This document shows positions 25,464 through 37,385 of a DNA stretch of 64,000 bases, piece by piece. The notes under the pieces were generated by a model. It did not search any database, was not told where the DNA came from, and was given only the letters and a program-made list of their open reading frames with translations. Location: assembly GCF_964355755.1 (NCBI RefSeq), contig NC_092672.1, positions 18,799,237 through 18,863,236 on the forward strand, written 5' to 3'. Position 1 is the stretch's first letter. Every line of letters begins with the position of its first letter. The DNA is from Antedon mediterranea (lineage: Eukaryota; Animalia; Echinodermata). The translations under genes were made by a program, and so were the position numbers.

Positions 25464-27599
25464 ATGAGTTTGTGAGTGAATTACTCACAATCATCATAAT
25501 CATCACCTCATTAAAATCAGAATCAATTTCTATCGTCTAATCTTTATCACCATCACAATTGTTATCGTCTCCAATCTTATTCTGACTAACAATGTAAATC
25601 ATCTTTATACTAATCTGAACTGTATATCTATTAAACAGCTATCGTTGGTGTTTGGACCATTGCTATAGCTAGTTCTGTGATCTATAAACTATAATGCTTT
25701 TAAAACAAATTCTAGTTATATTTTAGATTCATATCACCCGGATTCTTTATTTGACTTGGTATATATTAATTATAACTGTAAGCACATAATATGGGCTTCC
25801 AATTACATATTACATATTTTGCGTATGTAAATAGGCCTAGGTTTTTTCTCTAAGATATGATGTAGTATTTTTGTAGTTTATGCCTTTTCCACTGTTTTAT
25901 TATATTATTATTATTTTATTATTTTGTAAAGTAAAAGTACAAAACTGCCAATACGCGGCGAAGGCGACAAATGCGACTGATTGTTGTTATTGTTGAGGTG
26001 TATTGTATTTTTCCGGTTATTGTTTATTAGAGCGAGATAAATGTTGGCATAATTCGATTGCAGTCTGTGATTTAAACAATTGAGTGTTACTGCATAGTGT
26101 TATTACCCATGAGAACTTTATTGATTTATATTAAATATTTTACAGTAATGTTATGCCTACGGTATTTTAAATTATTTAGTTGTACTGTCACAAACAGAGT
26201 AACCTATGTTAAACAAAGATTTCCATTGGTAGATATCAATATTGTATGCTGTTTATTGTCGATCTTTTTATTCTAGCCTTATTTTCCTTCTTATAACACA
26301 TCAAAAACCTTTCCCTGAAGATGGTCAAAGGATGTGCCAAAAAAAAAAACACAAAAATAAAACGCAATCTGCAAGTAAGAACCAAATGTAAAAAGTCATG
26401 CCATACATTTTATACACATCGTAGCATGATATATTTTGAGTACGTTTTTTCTCTAATAAGTTTTAAATCATTTATTCAGAATACTTCAGGTAGCTAAATC
26501 GTCATCATTAGGAGAATATGCAAAATTTTTTCTTGTTTTTGTGATTTTTTATCATAACATTTAGAATCATTCCTATTATTAGGGCTATATATATATCAAT
26601 GTTGACATTTAATGCATTAAATCAGATGATGTTTATACTCACTTGGTTGTTATGTTTCCAGTTTCCAGTGTACACATCTGGCTCATTTGCACTTTAAAGA
26701 ACCTAGTACTGTACACCTTTCGAGACACACAGCCACTGTCACACACAGACACATGTAACTCATCATTAATAGACCAGGTGCCCAGAAAGTGTATTCATAT
26801 GAAAAGCCACAAAATGTTTGATGGGCTTACAATGTAGATATTTGGCAAAGATTCAATAATCAATATTGTTGCCGGGTCGCATTATTTTTTTTCTATTAGG
26901 TTAAGGCAGAAACTATAAAGAGCCCTGAATCCATACATAAATATTCATGCTGTGACGGAAAACTCTGGAAATAGTTTTCACGACGTAATAAAAAATGATC
27001 TCTCGTCGCGCTGCTAGTGCTAGGGTAGCTGCTACAAAAATACTCGCCAACAGTAGCCGTGTCCTACGTACTATAGTATTAGAAATTGAGTGTAAATGAA
27101 ATTAATTATGAATTTGACACTAGTGTTCTAACCCTTCTGAAATGTTAGTCTAACATTGTACTTTCTGACAAATTATTATTAAATTATTCCTTATATACAT
27201 AGGCAAAATCTTTGGAACTGCTAATGCAAAAAAATAAATAAATAAAATAAAAATATATAATATATATGTTTGTGAAATATTTATTTTTGTTGTTAACCAA
27301 AAATGTACATATTACATGAATTAAATTAATTAAAACTAAAACATAACATTTAAAATCATCAAGAACGGTTCCTGACTGACACAAATAAAGATTCATAATT
27401 GGTATATTAAAGGGCGATCTTGAGACATAAGGGATCACTACAATCAGGTGCGAGGGTTATTATGATGTATTGACCATTCAGACAGGCATAAAAAGTCCCC
27501 AAAATGGTTTTTTGGAGTTGACATCAACATGTTTCATGTCTGTACTGGGACATTCGAGAAGTTACTTCTTTTGTGGAGTCATTACAATTGAGGAATATG

Positions 27600-27739
27600 C
27601 CAAATGAACCTTTTCAGCAAAATGATAATGCGATGGGGCCTTTTTTCCGAGATTACTTTTGCAGCCCTAAGAAGGAGGCCTTCTTTTCGAGGGATGCGTT
27701 CTTTTTTGAGATGGGCTTCTTTTCGAGGTTTTACTGTAT
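27600..27739. mobile_element. Probable Tc1/mariner-pogo type terminus
   Basis: The reverse complement begins TA-CAGTAAAACCTCGAAAAGAAG with repeated TTTTCGAG subterminal motifs. The partner end was not found. Confidence 0.4.
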
Positions 27740-27969
27740 GTATAGTTAATTTACTATTATATGTTATTTTAGCAAATCATCGCCGCTAACACTGTATCTC
27801 TAACTTATTCATATACATTTTGTTGTACGTGATCAGGACAACATATACTTTCATTTAAAACTGAACAAACTACAATTTTGTCCCGCTCATAATATGCTAC
27901 ATTTGTTAGCCTATATAACCAGAGTTTCAAAGGTTGTAGTTTGATTTTTTGCCACATGTCAGAAACCCA

Positions 27970-28720
27970 ATTTATTTATTAAAATAATAATATAATAATA
28001 ACAACTTTATTAAAAACAGATGCAACACTTGAATCACCATATTGGTGTTTTTCACAAGGCCGTTACTTACTACAAAACTATTTATACTATTACACAAGTT
28101 ATAATTTACAGTACAAAAACAACAACAACAAAAAAAGAATATTTTATCTTTGGTCATTTATAATTTTTTTTAAATATATGTATATTAGGAGCTGTAATTG
28201 CATTTGAGTTTATAGCATTTAAACTAATCCATAGCTTTGCGCCAGAATACGAGACACTTTTCTTTTTATACTCAGTGTTTGCCTTATGTAAACTTAGAAT
28301 ATCTTTTGATCTAGTATAATTATGTTTGTTTGCATTCATAGAATCTGTTTCTTAAGTAGGATGGGGTCAAGTTATTCATTATTTTATACATTGTGACTGC
28401 TTCGTTGTAATATTGTTTTTCTTCTAAATTAGGCCAATTTAAATCTTTGAGCGCCTGTGAGCTAGAGTCATACCTAGATGTATTTGTAATTATTTTAGCC
28501 GCTCTATTTTGGAGTACTTTGAGTTTATATTTGAGGGTTTGGTTACAACGACCCCATGCTACATTGCAGTAGTCAAAATGGTGGGCTATGATAGATTTGT
28601 ACATTAATGATTGAATATTTTGAGGGAAAATATTGCTGCATTTAGATAGTACAGACCTGATATTACTTTATTTTTCACCTGATCTATTTGTTTATGCCAT
28701 TTTAAATTTTCATCGATCGT
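27970..28720 (-). mobile_element. CR1/L2-type LINE 3' fragment
   Basis: YKSIIAHHFDYCNVAWG..LKVLQNRAAKII and SVSYSGAKLW are typical post-RT CR1/L2 motifs. AATAAATAAA tail at ~27970. Confidence 0.8.
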
Positions 28721-31137
28721 GAATGCTCAAACAAATGGAAGATTTTGCGAAAATACAAGGTTTTTGCTCATTTGTAACTGATTCTTGCAAAAAAACTGAA
28801 AGGCAATACTTAATGTAGCAACTAGACATCGTCAGGCTGGGCTAGCGTACGATGTTCGTACGTTACTGCTGTTTACCAGCAGCTAAGCATATACAAAACT
28901 AATAAGCCTAGCTGGGCTAGGCCTAAACCTTCCACGCATTGTTTCTCTCTTTTTTTCATAATTTATGTATCATAAAAGGTACATTTAAGAAGAGATGACC
29001 ATGTTTTTAAAGTACTATATTATATACTTTATTTTTTTTAAAGCGTCAACAATTGTAGATAAGGGCTTATGGCAAGATAGACCTAATTATACAAAAATAG
29101 TATTTTTGAATGAAGAGAAATATTTGAATATGAAAAACTTAAAAATCACGTCTGTTTGCTATCCCTTCCGTAACGCATACAGTTTTTACAATAATTATTT
29201 GTTATCATTGTTTTGGATTTTCATAATTGATACTGCGCAATACATTTCAATCTTCTATTATTTTAAATTCGTAAGATATGGCTAGTTTATCATGAGACCG
29301 TCTATGTAACAAAAACAAATATACTGTCGAATTCTCCCGTAAATAAATAAACGCAAATCGTTAAAAAATAAAGATTGTCCTGACAACCTTGGCGCACAGG
29401 CCAATTTTTCAAAAGACTTGGTCTTGGAAGAAAGAGCCAGAAAAGAAGCTATTTTAGGATGGTTTTCAATGCAACTCTGTTATTATTTAACCGATTTTAT
29501 GGCTGTTTCGGCATTGTGTTATGCTTAACTAATTACCTAAAATGACATGTTATTTTTAATTCTTTAAGAAACATCTCAAACTCATCCAATGTTAAATGTA
29601 TAGGCATTCGTAACATTTGCAGATCATCTGTTCTATTGTTGGAAGTCAACTGAAACTATTGTTAGTTGATAAAATTAATGTCATTCATATTATTTATATT
29701 AAAAATACATCTCAGTAAAGTCTAAGGCCCTAGCCCTCCATGGTTAATTAAGCACCAGATGACCAGATCTGATAAGAACACAAAACCCTAAACGAATTGT
29801 AATATTGGTTAATTAAAACATGTTTGAAGTTTGGAAACATAGGCCTAAATGGAAAATATATTCATTGTAAATACTGTAGTAGGCTGGTACAGGTAGTTTT
29901 TTTATTGTCACAAAAACGTACAACGCAAAAGAGGAAATGGTATTTAGCTAATTGTTGGTGATGTCGTCCACCACAGTGTAAATTGATCAGTTTCAGCACA
30001 GTTAGGTGCTAGGCCTAATATTCTTTACGGAGCTGAGGCAAATATTATACGGATATTGTATTTAAAAAATGCATAGTTAAACATTACTTTAAATTATGTC
30101 ACATTTTATTTGGATCATTGCATTCTAAAAGAAAAGCTTACATTTGTGAATATGTGATTAGCAGCCTAGGTCGCCCCACCTTCTAAACACTGGTACACTT
30201 TAACCTTCTTCTTTCGATCCATAAAACCAATGCATAACAAACACCTAATGTCATATGGTTTCTGAGCAGAAAAAATGTATGTATTACTTATTATTAACGG
30301 GAGCTCTATAGCCTTTTAACGCGTTAATTTTCAATATTGCGGGCCTTCATGTAATCATTGTGACCGAAACCGGTCTAAGGCAGAAATCATGACTAATTAA
30401 TTAGAATAATTATGACATAATATTGGACATTATAGAGGACGCTATATAAGCATGGAAATAGATTAAATACCTTATGTAAACAGCGTTTGCCAACCGAAAT
30501 GTTTGGTCTAGTGGTAAATGGAATCAGAGCTGCGACATTGAATGAATTAGAAGACATTTTTGTGTCCAAAATATTGCGCGCTCCATACATACTTTCTACT
30601 TAAGGCATCATTTTTACATTTTGTTAAAATGAAGTTCAGTAACTTTATAACAAAATTGATTGGTCTTAAAAATAAATTAAAGCCTTGTGAACGGATTCAA
30701 CACCATGTACTACATAGGAATAGTTGGACACAATATGGCTGCAGTGTACCACGTGACTTTCTAAAATTCATGAGCGGAATGTCGTAACTCTTTTCTGTAG
30801 CAAAAGTGAATATGACGCCACCACTCGATGTATCAACCTCGAATGTGATCATTCCGTGGATAATTTATACGTTTTTTGGGCTACACATGTCATTATATTG
30901 TTGACGTTTACTTTTTGTCAATTTTTTTCAACATTTGTCTTTGTATTTATATTGCTTTTTGCAAAGTATTTTTTAATCTAATTTCTATTTTTTAAGTGGA
31001 CCAATAACATTTCTTGAATCTTAAATCTTAAATTTTGTTTAATAATAGAACACCTCATTCTACTGAATGATTGTGTTTAATATATCTTATACAAATTTAG
31101 GACTACGTATATCACTTAAAGTAGAACTAAAACTTAA

Positions 31138-31476
31138 AGATGCATTGTCCCCCCTGAAAAAATAATTTGTACAATTGGGTTGATAATGCCATTTTAATGT
31201 CACATAATAGTTTTCCAATTTGAACAAAAATTTAATCGATAAAATGTTTTTACCTGAAAAAATGTAATTTAAAGCAAAATATAGTCAAATTGGCTGCCAG
31301 CCAATGGGTTTTTGGTTGAATTTGACCATTTATTTTGTCATTTTATATGAGAAAACATTGGGTTTTTTTTCGGTTTTTTTTCACGGAAAGGATTAACATT
31401 ATTTAAACTACAAAATAACCTATTCAAAATCTGATTTTAATCTTCATTTTTCATGTTTTTGGGGGACAATACATCT
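31138..31476. mobile_element. Kolobok-like MITE
   Basis: TTAA on both sides. TIRs AGATGCATTGTCCCCC / GGGGGACAATACATCT. Confidence 0.8.
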
Positions 31477-31794
31477 TTAAAAGACATCTTATCACATTTG
31501 TAATTTTTTATTATTTGTAGCATCTCCAGTACAAAGAATAGTCCCCAGAGCACACAGTACGTAACTCACAAACATTTATAAAACAGATACAATTGACAAT
31601 AAAGAAATGACTTATACGTATTGTGAGTGAAACGAGAAACAAGAGTTAAAATGGTATGGCCTAAACAAATTATAACGTTTAGACCACATATTCAGTACTA
31701 TACTGGCTATAATCATTCGCGCAACATCATCCATGACCAAAATATGTTAGGAATCTTCAATTCATTTCTACAAAGCACTAATAAAGAGCTTGAT

Positions 31795-33150
31795 ATGAAA
31801 TATACTATTGGATCAATGTTTTTAAAGTTTCTGTTATTGAATATTTATTGTGTATGCGTTTGTTCAATAGTTTTTCTTGAAGAACCTAGTGATGCTGAAG
31901 TAGTGTTTGATTCAGAACACGAACTCAAGTGCATTGTTGCTTCTAATTCTTCAAATATATTACATTCATTTACATGGCATAAGGACGTAGCACTAATAAC
32001 CGATGTTTTTCCTTCAGAAAGATATTATATTGTTACAAGCAACATTATTGGTAATGATGTTTCAATTTTAACAATTAAAAAGGTTAATGTAGAGGATACA
32101 GGATATTATCACTGTTCTGTTGTACAACTAAAAACAGTAAAAACATTTTATTCTCGACGTGCTATGTTAACAGTTAAATCGTTACCTCGGCCCATGTTTC
32201 CAGTATGCTTGCCTGCCAATAGCGTTGATGTTCTTGTTGGTACATCAATAAAACTGTCATGTAAAAGTGAAAACGTTTTTCCTGAAGTAAACTTAAAGTG
32301 GTACCAAAATAGTAATGCAATAAATGATGGAGTTCATACATTTAAAGACGATGAATATGTCATATTAGAACTGATATTATCTGTGAAAAAAGAAGAAAAT
32401 AATGATGTTTTTACTTGTCAGCAAATTTCTGAATTAGTACCTAGAAACATTTCTACCTGTTCCGTGGGACCAATCAACGTTCGTTATAAACCTACTGTCA
32501 TTATTCAACATACTGACCAGATTCTACCAGGTAGAGATTCTATACTATTCTGCCAAACCTTTGCAAATCCACCGGTTACTAATTATAGATGGAGATTTAG
32601 TCCTAAATTAAGCAGAGATCAATATTTTGTAGGTGAAACAGGTCAGCTTTTAACTCTAACAAATCCAACATTTCAACAGAATGGAACTACTGTAACTTGC
32701 ATGGCGGAAAATGAAGTTGGTGACAATTCATCAACAATTCGGTTACACGTTGGAAAGTCGAATAGTAATGAGAAAGCAAGTAATGCAGATTCATCTGGAA
32801 TTCAAAAGTCAAGTGAGACCATAGATTTATCATTGGATGTAATCATAATCATTGCTGCTGGTGTTGTTATCATTATTGTACTTGTTGTTCTGGTTCCCGT
32901 ATATCATTATTGTTTGTGTCGTAATGATAACACTACAATAGTTGATTCTTTAGGAAAAGAAGTAACTCAACCTGAAGTGTATTATGAGACAAGAGAGGGA
33001 GTTATTTTAAGACATACATTACAAGATCGTTCTTTACCTCGAGTACCTACTACAGAAGTATATGGTCATTGGAGACACTCAACAGCTTCACAGGTTCCTA
33101 ATGATCTTGAATCACATAGTTATACTTATATCGACACAGAAAATGATTGA
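31795..33150 (+). CDS. Ig-superfamily receptor, array copy 1 (451 aa from ATG 31795)
   Basis: ATG 31795 gives a signal peptide, the same GAT-ATG context and the same 1356-bp length as the other copies. Three Ig domains, TM VIIIIAAGVVIIIVLVVLVPVY and tail ending SYTYIDTEND. Confidence 0.92.
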   Translation: MKYTIGSMFLKFLLLNIYCVCVCSIVFLEEPSDAEVVFDSEHELKCIVASNSSNILHSFTWHKDVALITDVFPSERYYIVTSNIIGNDVSILTIKKVNVEDTGYYHCSVVQLKTVKTFYSRRAMLTVKSLPRPMFPVCLPANSVDVLVGTSIKLSCKSENVFPEVNLKWYQNSNAINDGVHTFKDDEYVILELILSVKKEENNDVFTCQQISELVPRNISTCSVGPINVRYKPTVIIQHTDQILPGRDSILFCQTFANPPVTNYRWRFSPKLSRDQYFVGETGQLLTLTNPTFQQNGTTVTCMAENEVGDNSSTIRLHVGKSNSNEKASNADSSGIQKSSETIDLSLDVIIIIAAGVVIIIVLVVLVPVYHYCLCRNDNTTIVDSLGKEVTQPEVYYETREGVILRHTLQDRSLPRVPTTEVYGHWRHSTASQVPNDLESHSYTYIDTEND

Positions 33151-33704
33151 TAGCAACTTTCCATTTGAAGAACGTAATAATGGGAATATGATTAACGTAT
33201 ATGCCTACCATTGTGAGAAACAATATAATTGTATTTATTCTAATTTATGATTGATGTCAAAGATAGCACCCGTCAGTTTAAAGTCATTGGACACAATTAA
33301 TAGTTTCCTAATTCAAAATCAAAGAAATTAAACTACTGAGTATAGGCCTAATTCTACCACACATCTGTAAATGGGAAATAGTAATAATATATACCATTTA
33401 CTAGAGGGTGTGTCACGTCACTTCTATCGCTCACCTAGTTCTTTTCTTTGATTCCATCTAGTAGTCAATTTTAAAACATGTGTATAAGTATTTACATGAT
33501 GTAGAGAGATTGTTTCTTTTTGTGATAACTTTTACAGTAGTGGCAGATACAGAGAGAGAGAGAGGCGTAACTTTACATATAGTTTATTCAAATTTAGATT
33601 AACAATCTTAGATAGTACAGATTTATAGCGTTCTAATTGACCAAACGCTAATGATCTAGGGTACAATTTCAGGTCTACAGCCAATTGCTACTAATTTAGA
33701 AACT

Positions 33705-34055
33705 TTAATTTAAAAGCCATTAATGCAATTATTCTAATTGTAAAATCATTTATTTATAAATGTAAACTAGTTAAATGTAAGCCAACTATCAAAATGGTTA
33801 TGAACGAGTTAAAAAGGTTTTATGAAACAGAAAAATTTATTTATCATCAGAATTTTGAGGACAGTATTTTTAATAGAAAATGGATAAAATTAGAAGAATT
33901 TATAAATCAAATATGAAATGGTTAGAGAGTAGAATAATTTTTATGAACCTTTATTTAATTTGTTAGATGGATATCTTTGTTGTTTTTGTTTGTTGCTTTT
34001 TATTTTAATTTTTTATTTGATTATGTTTTTCCTTTGTAATGTATTATATGATGAA

Positions 34056-34084
<29 letters not shown>
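33705..34084 (+). mobile_element. 5'-truncated L1/Tx1-type LINE 3' end with poly(A)
   Basis: 12-bp TSD AATTTAGAAACT (33693-33704, 34085-34096) and AATAAA plus an A tail. Encodes IILIVKSFIYKCK..FNRKW. Absent from paralogous spacers (e.g. ~46278). Confidence 0.88.
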
Positions 34085-34089
<5 letters not shown>

Positions 34090-35696
34090 AGAAACTGCTA
34101 TTATGTGTTCTACACTGTTGAAGACCAAGATTTGAATAATCAATTTATAAGAATGTAAAAATGTTTAATATTCAAGTAAAAGCTGATAAAATATGCACAG
34201 GACATGCAGTGTTTATTAAAATTTAATTAACGTTTTTGTATGAAATTCGATTTGGATTCTTTTTAAATTTGGCTGAATTTAAAAGAATTGAGGGCGCTTT
34301 AAAAATACAAACTAAACAAAAAGCATCAAATACATTGTGGCGTTTCATACTTTACTAAAAGGAATCTTTGGTGTTTATGCATGCAATAATAATATTTTGG
34401 AGATGAAAGGGCATGTATTGTATCTCCAAAATAAGCAATATAGATAGTAGCCTACTGCGGGCTTTGAACAATAAACATTATTTTTAATAGATAATTTACC
34501 TGACACATACTAGTAATTATCAAGAAGAAACATTTTAATTTATTTAAGTTTTTCTATATTTGCTTTTATATATAAAATATGCTATACAATTGAATTATTG
34601 CTTTTAAAAATGTTATTAAGTAACATAGTGCCAAAAAAGAAACAATAAACAATACAAAAGCTATAAACAAATATTTTAGAAATTCAACTTTTACATTACA
34701 ACGTTTTTAAAACAAAATGGTGGTTTTGATGCTTTATATTTTTATATCTTGTTTTGCTTCCTGTTTAATTTAAAAGAATTGAAGGTGCTTTGAATTAAAA
34801 AATAAATAAAAATATATTTATGGTCTTCCATACTATGAAACTGTCCATAATATCGAATTTGAGAAGTTTCATACATGAAAATCAATCTTTTATTTTCAAT
34901 GTGAAACGTGTCTAATCGTCGGGTGACAAAATCAAAATATCCCAACACTCAACCCACCCCGCTTCCCGACAATCAGAATGAGAAATGGACGAATAACTGT
35001 ATTGTAGTTCCTAGGAATATTCAAGGTTTGGGAAGTTTTTTTAGAGAGGTAGAGTACATTTCCGAAAATTAATAGTTTGCATTGTGTAGTTATTTCCAAA
35101 AACAAGCCTAATAATTATATGTAGATAATCTACTTAAAACTTTAACATAATTTTTCATAGGAAATTTATATGACGCAGATGTCGTTATCGAGGAATATTT
35201 ATTGCAGTGACTTATTATATTTGTTTTTAACACCTAAAATATTATATTAAAACATCACTTTAGGTAAAATAGTAAAAAGAAAGAATAAACCACTTTAAAA
35301 ATCATATCAAATATACAATATTCTCGTTATTTTGCTAGATACAGCACTTTTTCAATTTAGAACCCTGAATTCGCAATTTTAATTTAATTTTTTAAAAATT
35401 AATATTTAAAAAAAAAATTAAAATACATTGTTATTAGTATACCTACTGCATTTCATAGAACAACTCATCTTGACTACGACCAACCTTATTGGCGTTTACT
35501 TATTATAACTAAAATATGCCATGAAAGTTACAAAATTATAAATACAGGAAACACAAATTCTTAACTGTATGGCCACACAAGAAGACCAGATAATATTATA
35601 ATGATTGGTATACTTAATTTCCGACCACTGCTACTACAACACTGCAACTGACATCGTTAGTAGAAGTTTGGTAGTATTTTTGTTCACAATATCGAT

Positions 35697-37052
35697 ATGA
35701 ACCTTTTACGTGTCTCAATGTTTTGTACGATAATATTATTGAATATAGGCCTTACGTGCTTGGCTTCAGCAAAGGATTTTCTTGAGGAACCTGAGGATGT
35801 TAAAGTATTGTTTGCTACAGAACATAGATTCAAGTGTACAGTTTCTACTAATAGTACTATACTAAGACATTCATTTTCCTGGCATAAAGACGGAATACCA
35901 ATAGCAGACCAAGATAAAGGAAGATATTTCATTGTTACAAGCAACATTGTTAATAATGATGTTTCAATTCTTAAAATTAAAAATGTTAAAATAGAAGATG
36001 AAGGATATTATTATTGTTCTGTTTTACAACTAAAAACAATGAAAACATTTAATTCTCGACGTGCGAGGTTGACTGTTAAATCGTTACCTAGGCCCATGTT
36101 TCCCGTATGCTTGCCTGCCGACAGCGTTGATGTTCTTGTCGGTACATCAATAAAACTATCATGTAAAAGTGAAAACGTTTTTCCTGAAGTAAACTTAAAG
36201 TGGTACCAAAATAGTAATGTAATAAATGATGGTGTTCATACATTTAAAGACGATGAATTTGTCATATTAGAACTGATATTATCTGTGAAAAAAGAAGAAA
36301 ATAATGATATTTTTACTTGTCAACAAACTTCTGAATTAGTACCTAGAAACATTTCTAGCTGTTCCGTGGGACCAATCAACGTTCGTTATAAACCTACTGT
36401 CATTATTCAACATACTGACCAGATATTACCAGGTAGGGATTCTATACTATTTTGTCAAACCTTTGCAAATCCACCGGTTACTAATTATATATGGAGATTT
36501 AATCCTAAATTAAGCAGAGATCAATATTTTGTAGATGAAACAGGTCAGCTTTTAACTCTAACAAATCCAACATTTCAACAGAATGGAACTACTGTAAGTT
36601 GCCTGGCGGAAAATGAAGTTGGTGAAAATTCATCAACAATTCATTTACACGTTGGAAAGTCGAATATTAATGAGAAAGCAAGTAATGCAGATTCATCTGG
36701 AATTCAAAAGTCAAGTGAAACAATAGATTTATCATTGGATGTAATCATAATCATTGCTGCTGGTGTTGTTATCATTATTGTACTAGTTGTTCTGGTTCCC
36801 GTATATCATTATTGTTTGTGTCATAATGATAACACTACAATAGTTGATTCTTTAGGAAAAGAAGTAACTCAACCTGAAGTGTATTATGAGACAAGAGAGG
36901 GAGTTATTTTAAGACATACATTACAAGATCGTTCTTTACCTCGAGTACCTACTACAGAAGTATATGGTCATTGGAGACACTCAACAGCTTCACAGGTTCC
37001 TAATGATCTTGAATCACATAGTTATACTTATATTGACACAGAAAATGATTGA
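35697..37052 (+). CDS. Ig-superfamily receptor, array copy 2 (451 aa)
   Basis: Intact uninterrupted ORF with the same architecture as copy 1. Confidence 0.93.
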   Translation: MNLLRVSMFCTIILLNIGLTCLASAKDFLEEPEDVKVLFATEHRFKCTVSTNSTILRHSFSWHKDGIPIADQDKGRYFIVTSNIVNNDVSILKIKNVKIEDEGYYYCSVLQLKTMKTFNSRRARLTVKSLPRPMFPVCLPADSVDVLVGTSIKLSCKSENVFPEVNLKWYQNSNVINDGVHTFKDDEFVILELILSVKKEENNDIFTCQQTSELVPRNISSCSVGPINVRYKPTVIIQHTDQILPGRDSILFCQTFANPPVTNYIWRFNPKLSRDQYFVDETGQLLTLTNPTFQQNGTTVSCLAENEVGENSSTIHLHVGKSNINEKASNADSSGIQKSSETIDLSLDVIIIIAAGVVIIIVLVVLVPVYHYCLCHNDNTTIVDSLGKEVTQPEVYYETREGVILRHTLQDRSLPRVPTTEVYGHWRHSTASQVPNDLESHSYTYIDTEND

Positions 37053-37385
37053 TAGCAACTTTCCATTTGAAGAACGTAATAATGGGAATATGATTAACGT
37101 ATATGCCTACCATTGTGAGAAACAATATAATTGTATTTATTCTAATTTATGATTGATATCAAAGATACCACCCGTCAGTTTAAAGCCATTGGACACAATT
37201 AATAGTTTCTTAATTCAAAATCAAATACTGAGTATAGGCCTAATTCTACCACACATCTATAAATGGGAAATAGTAATAATATATATCATTTACTAGAGGG
37301 TGTGTCACATCACTTCTATCGCTCACCTAGTTCTGTACTTTGTTTCCATCTAGTAGTCAATTTTAAAACATGTGTATAAGTATTT

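Noticed and set aside
26312-26345. CTGAAGA-containing hammerhead-like sequence
   Set aside because: Stem II is poor and the GAAA..UH half is missing.
31627-31794. 56-aa N-terminal extension of Ig copy 1 (507-aa ORF)
   Set aside because: It starts at GTG and buries the signal peptide. ATG 31795 matches the paralogues in context and length.
33109-33150. Canonical ITIM/ITAM in the 451-aa tails
   Set aside because: HSYTYI has His at Y-2, so it is not an ITIM consensus, and there is no properly spaced YxxL/I pair. Reported only as tyrosine motifs.
33062-33250. Recurrent overlapping ORF MVIGDTQQ.. and antisense MLLVT.. ORFs
   Set aside because: Alternate-frame shadows that recur only because the genes are duplicated.
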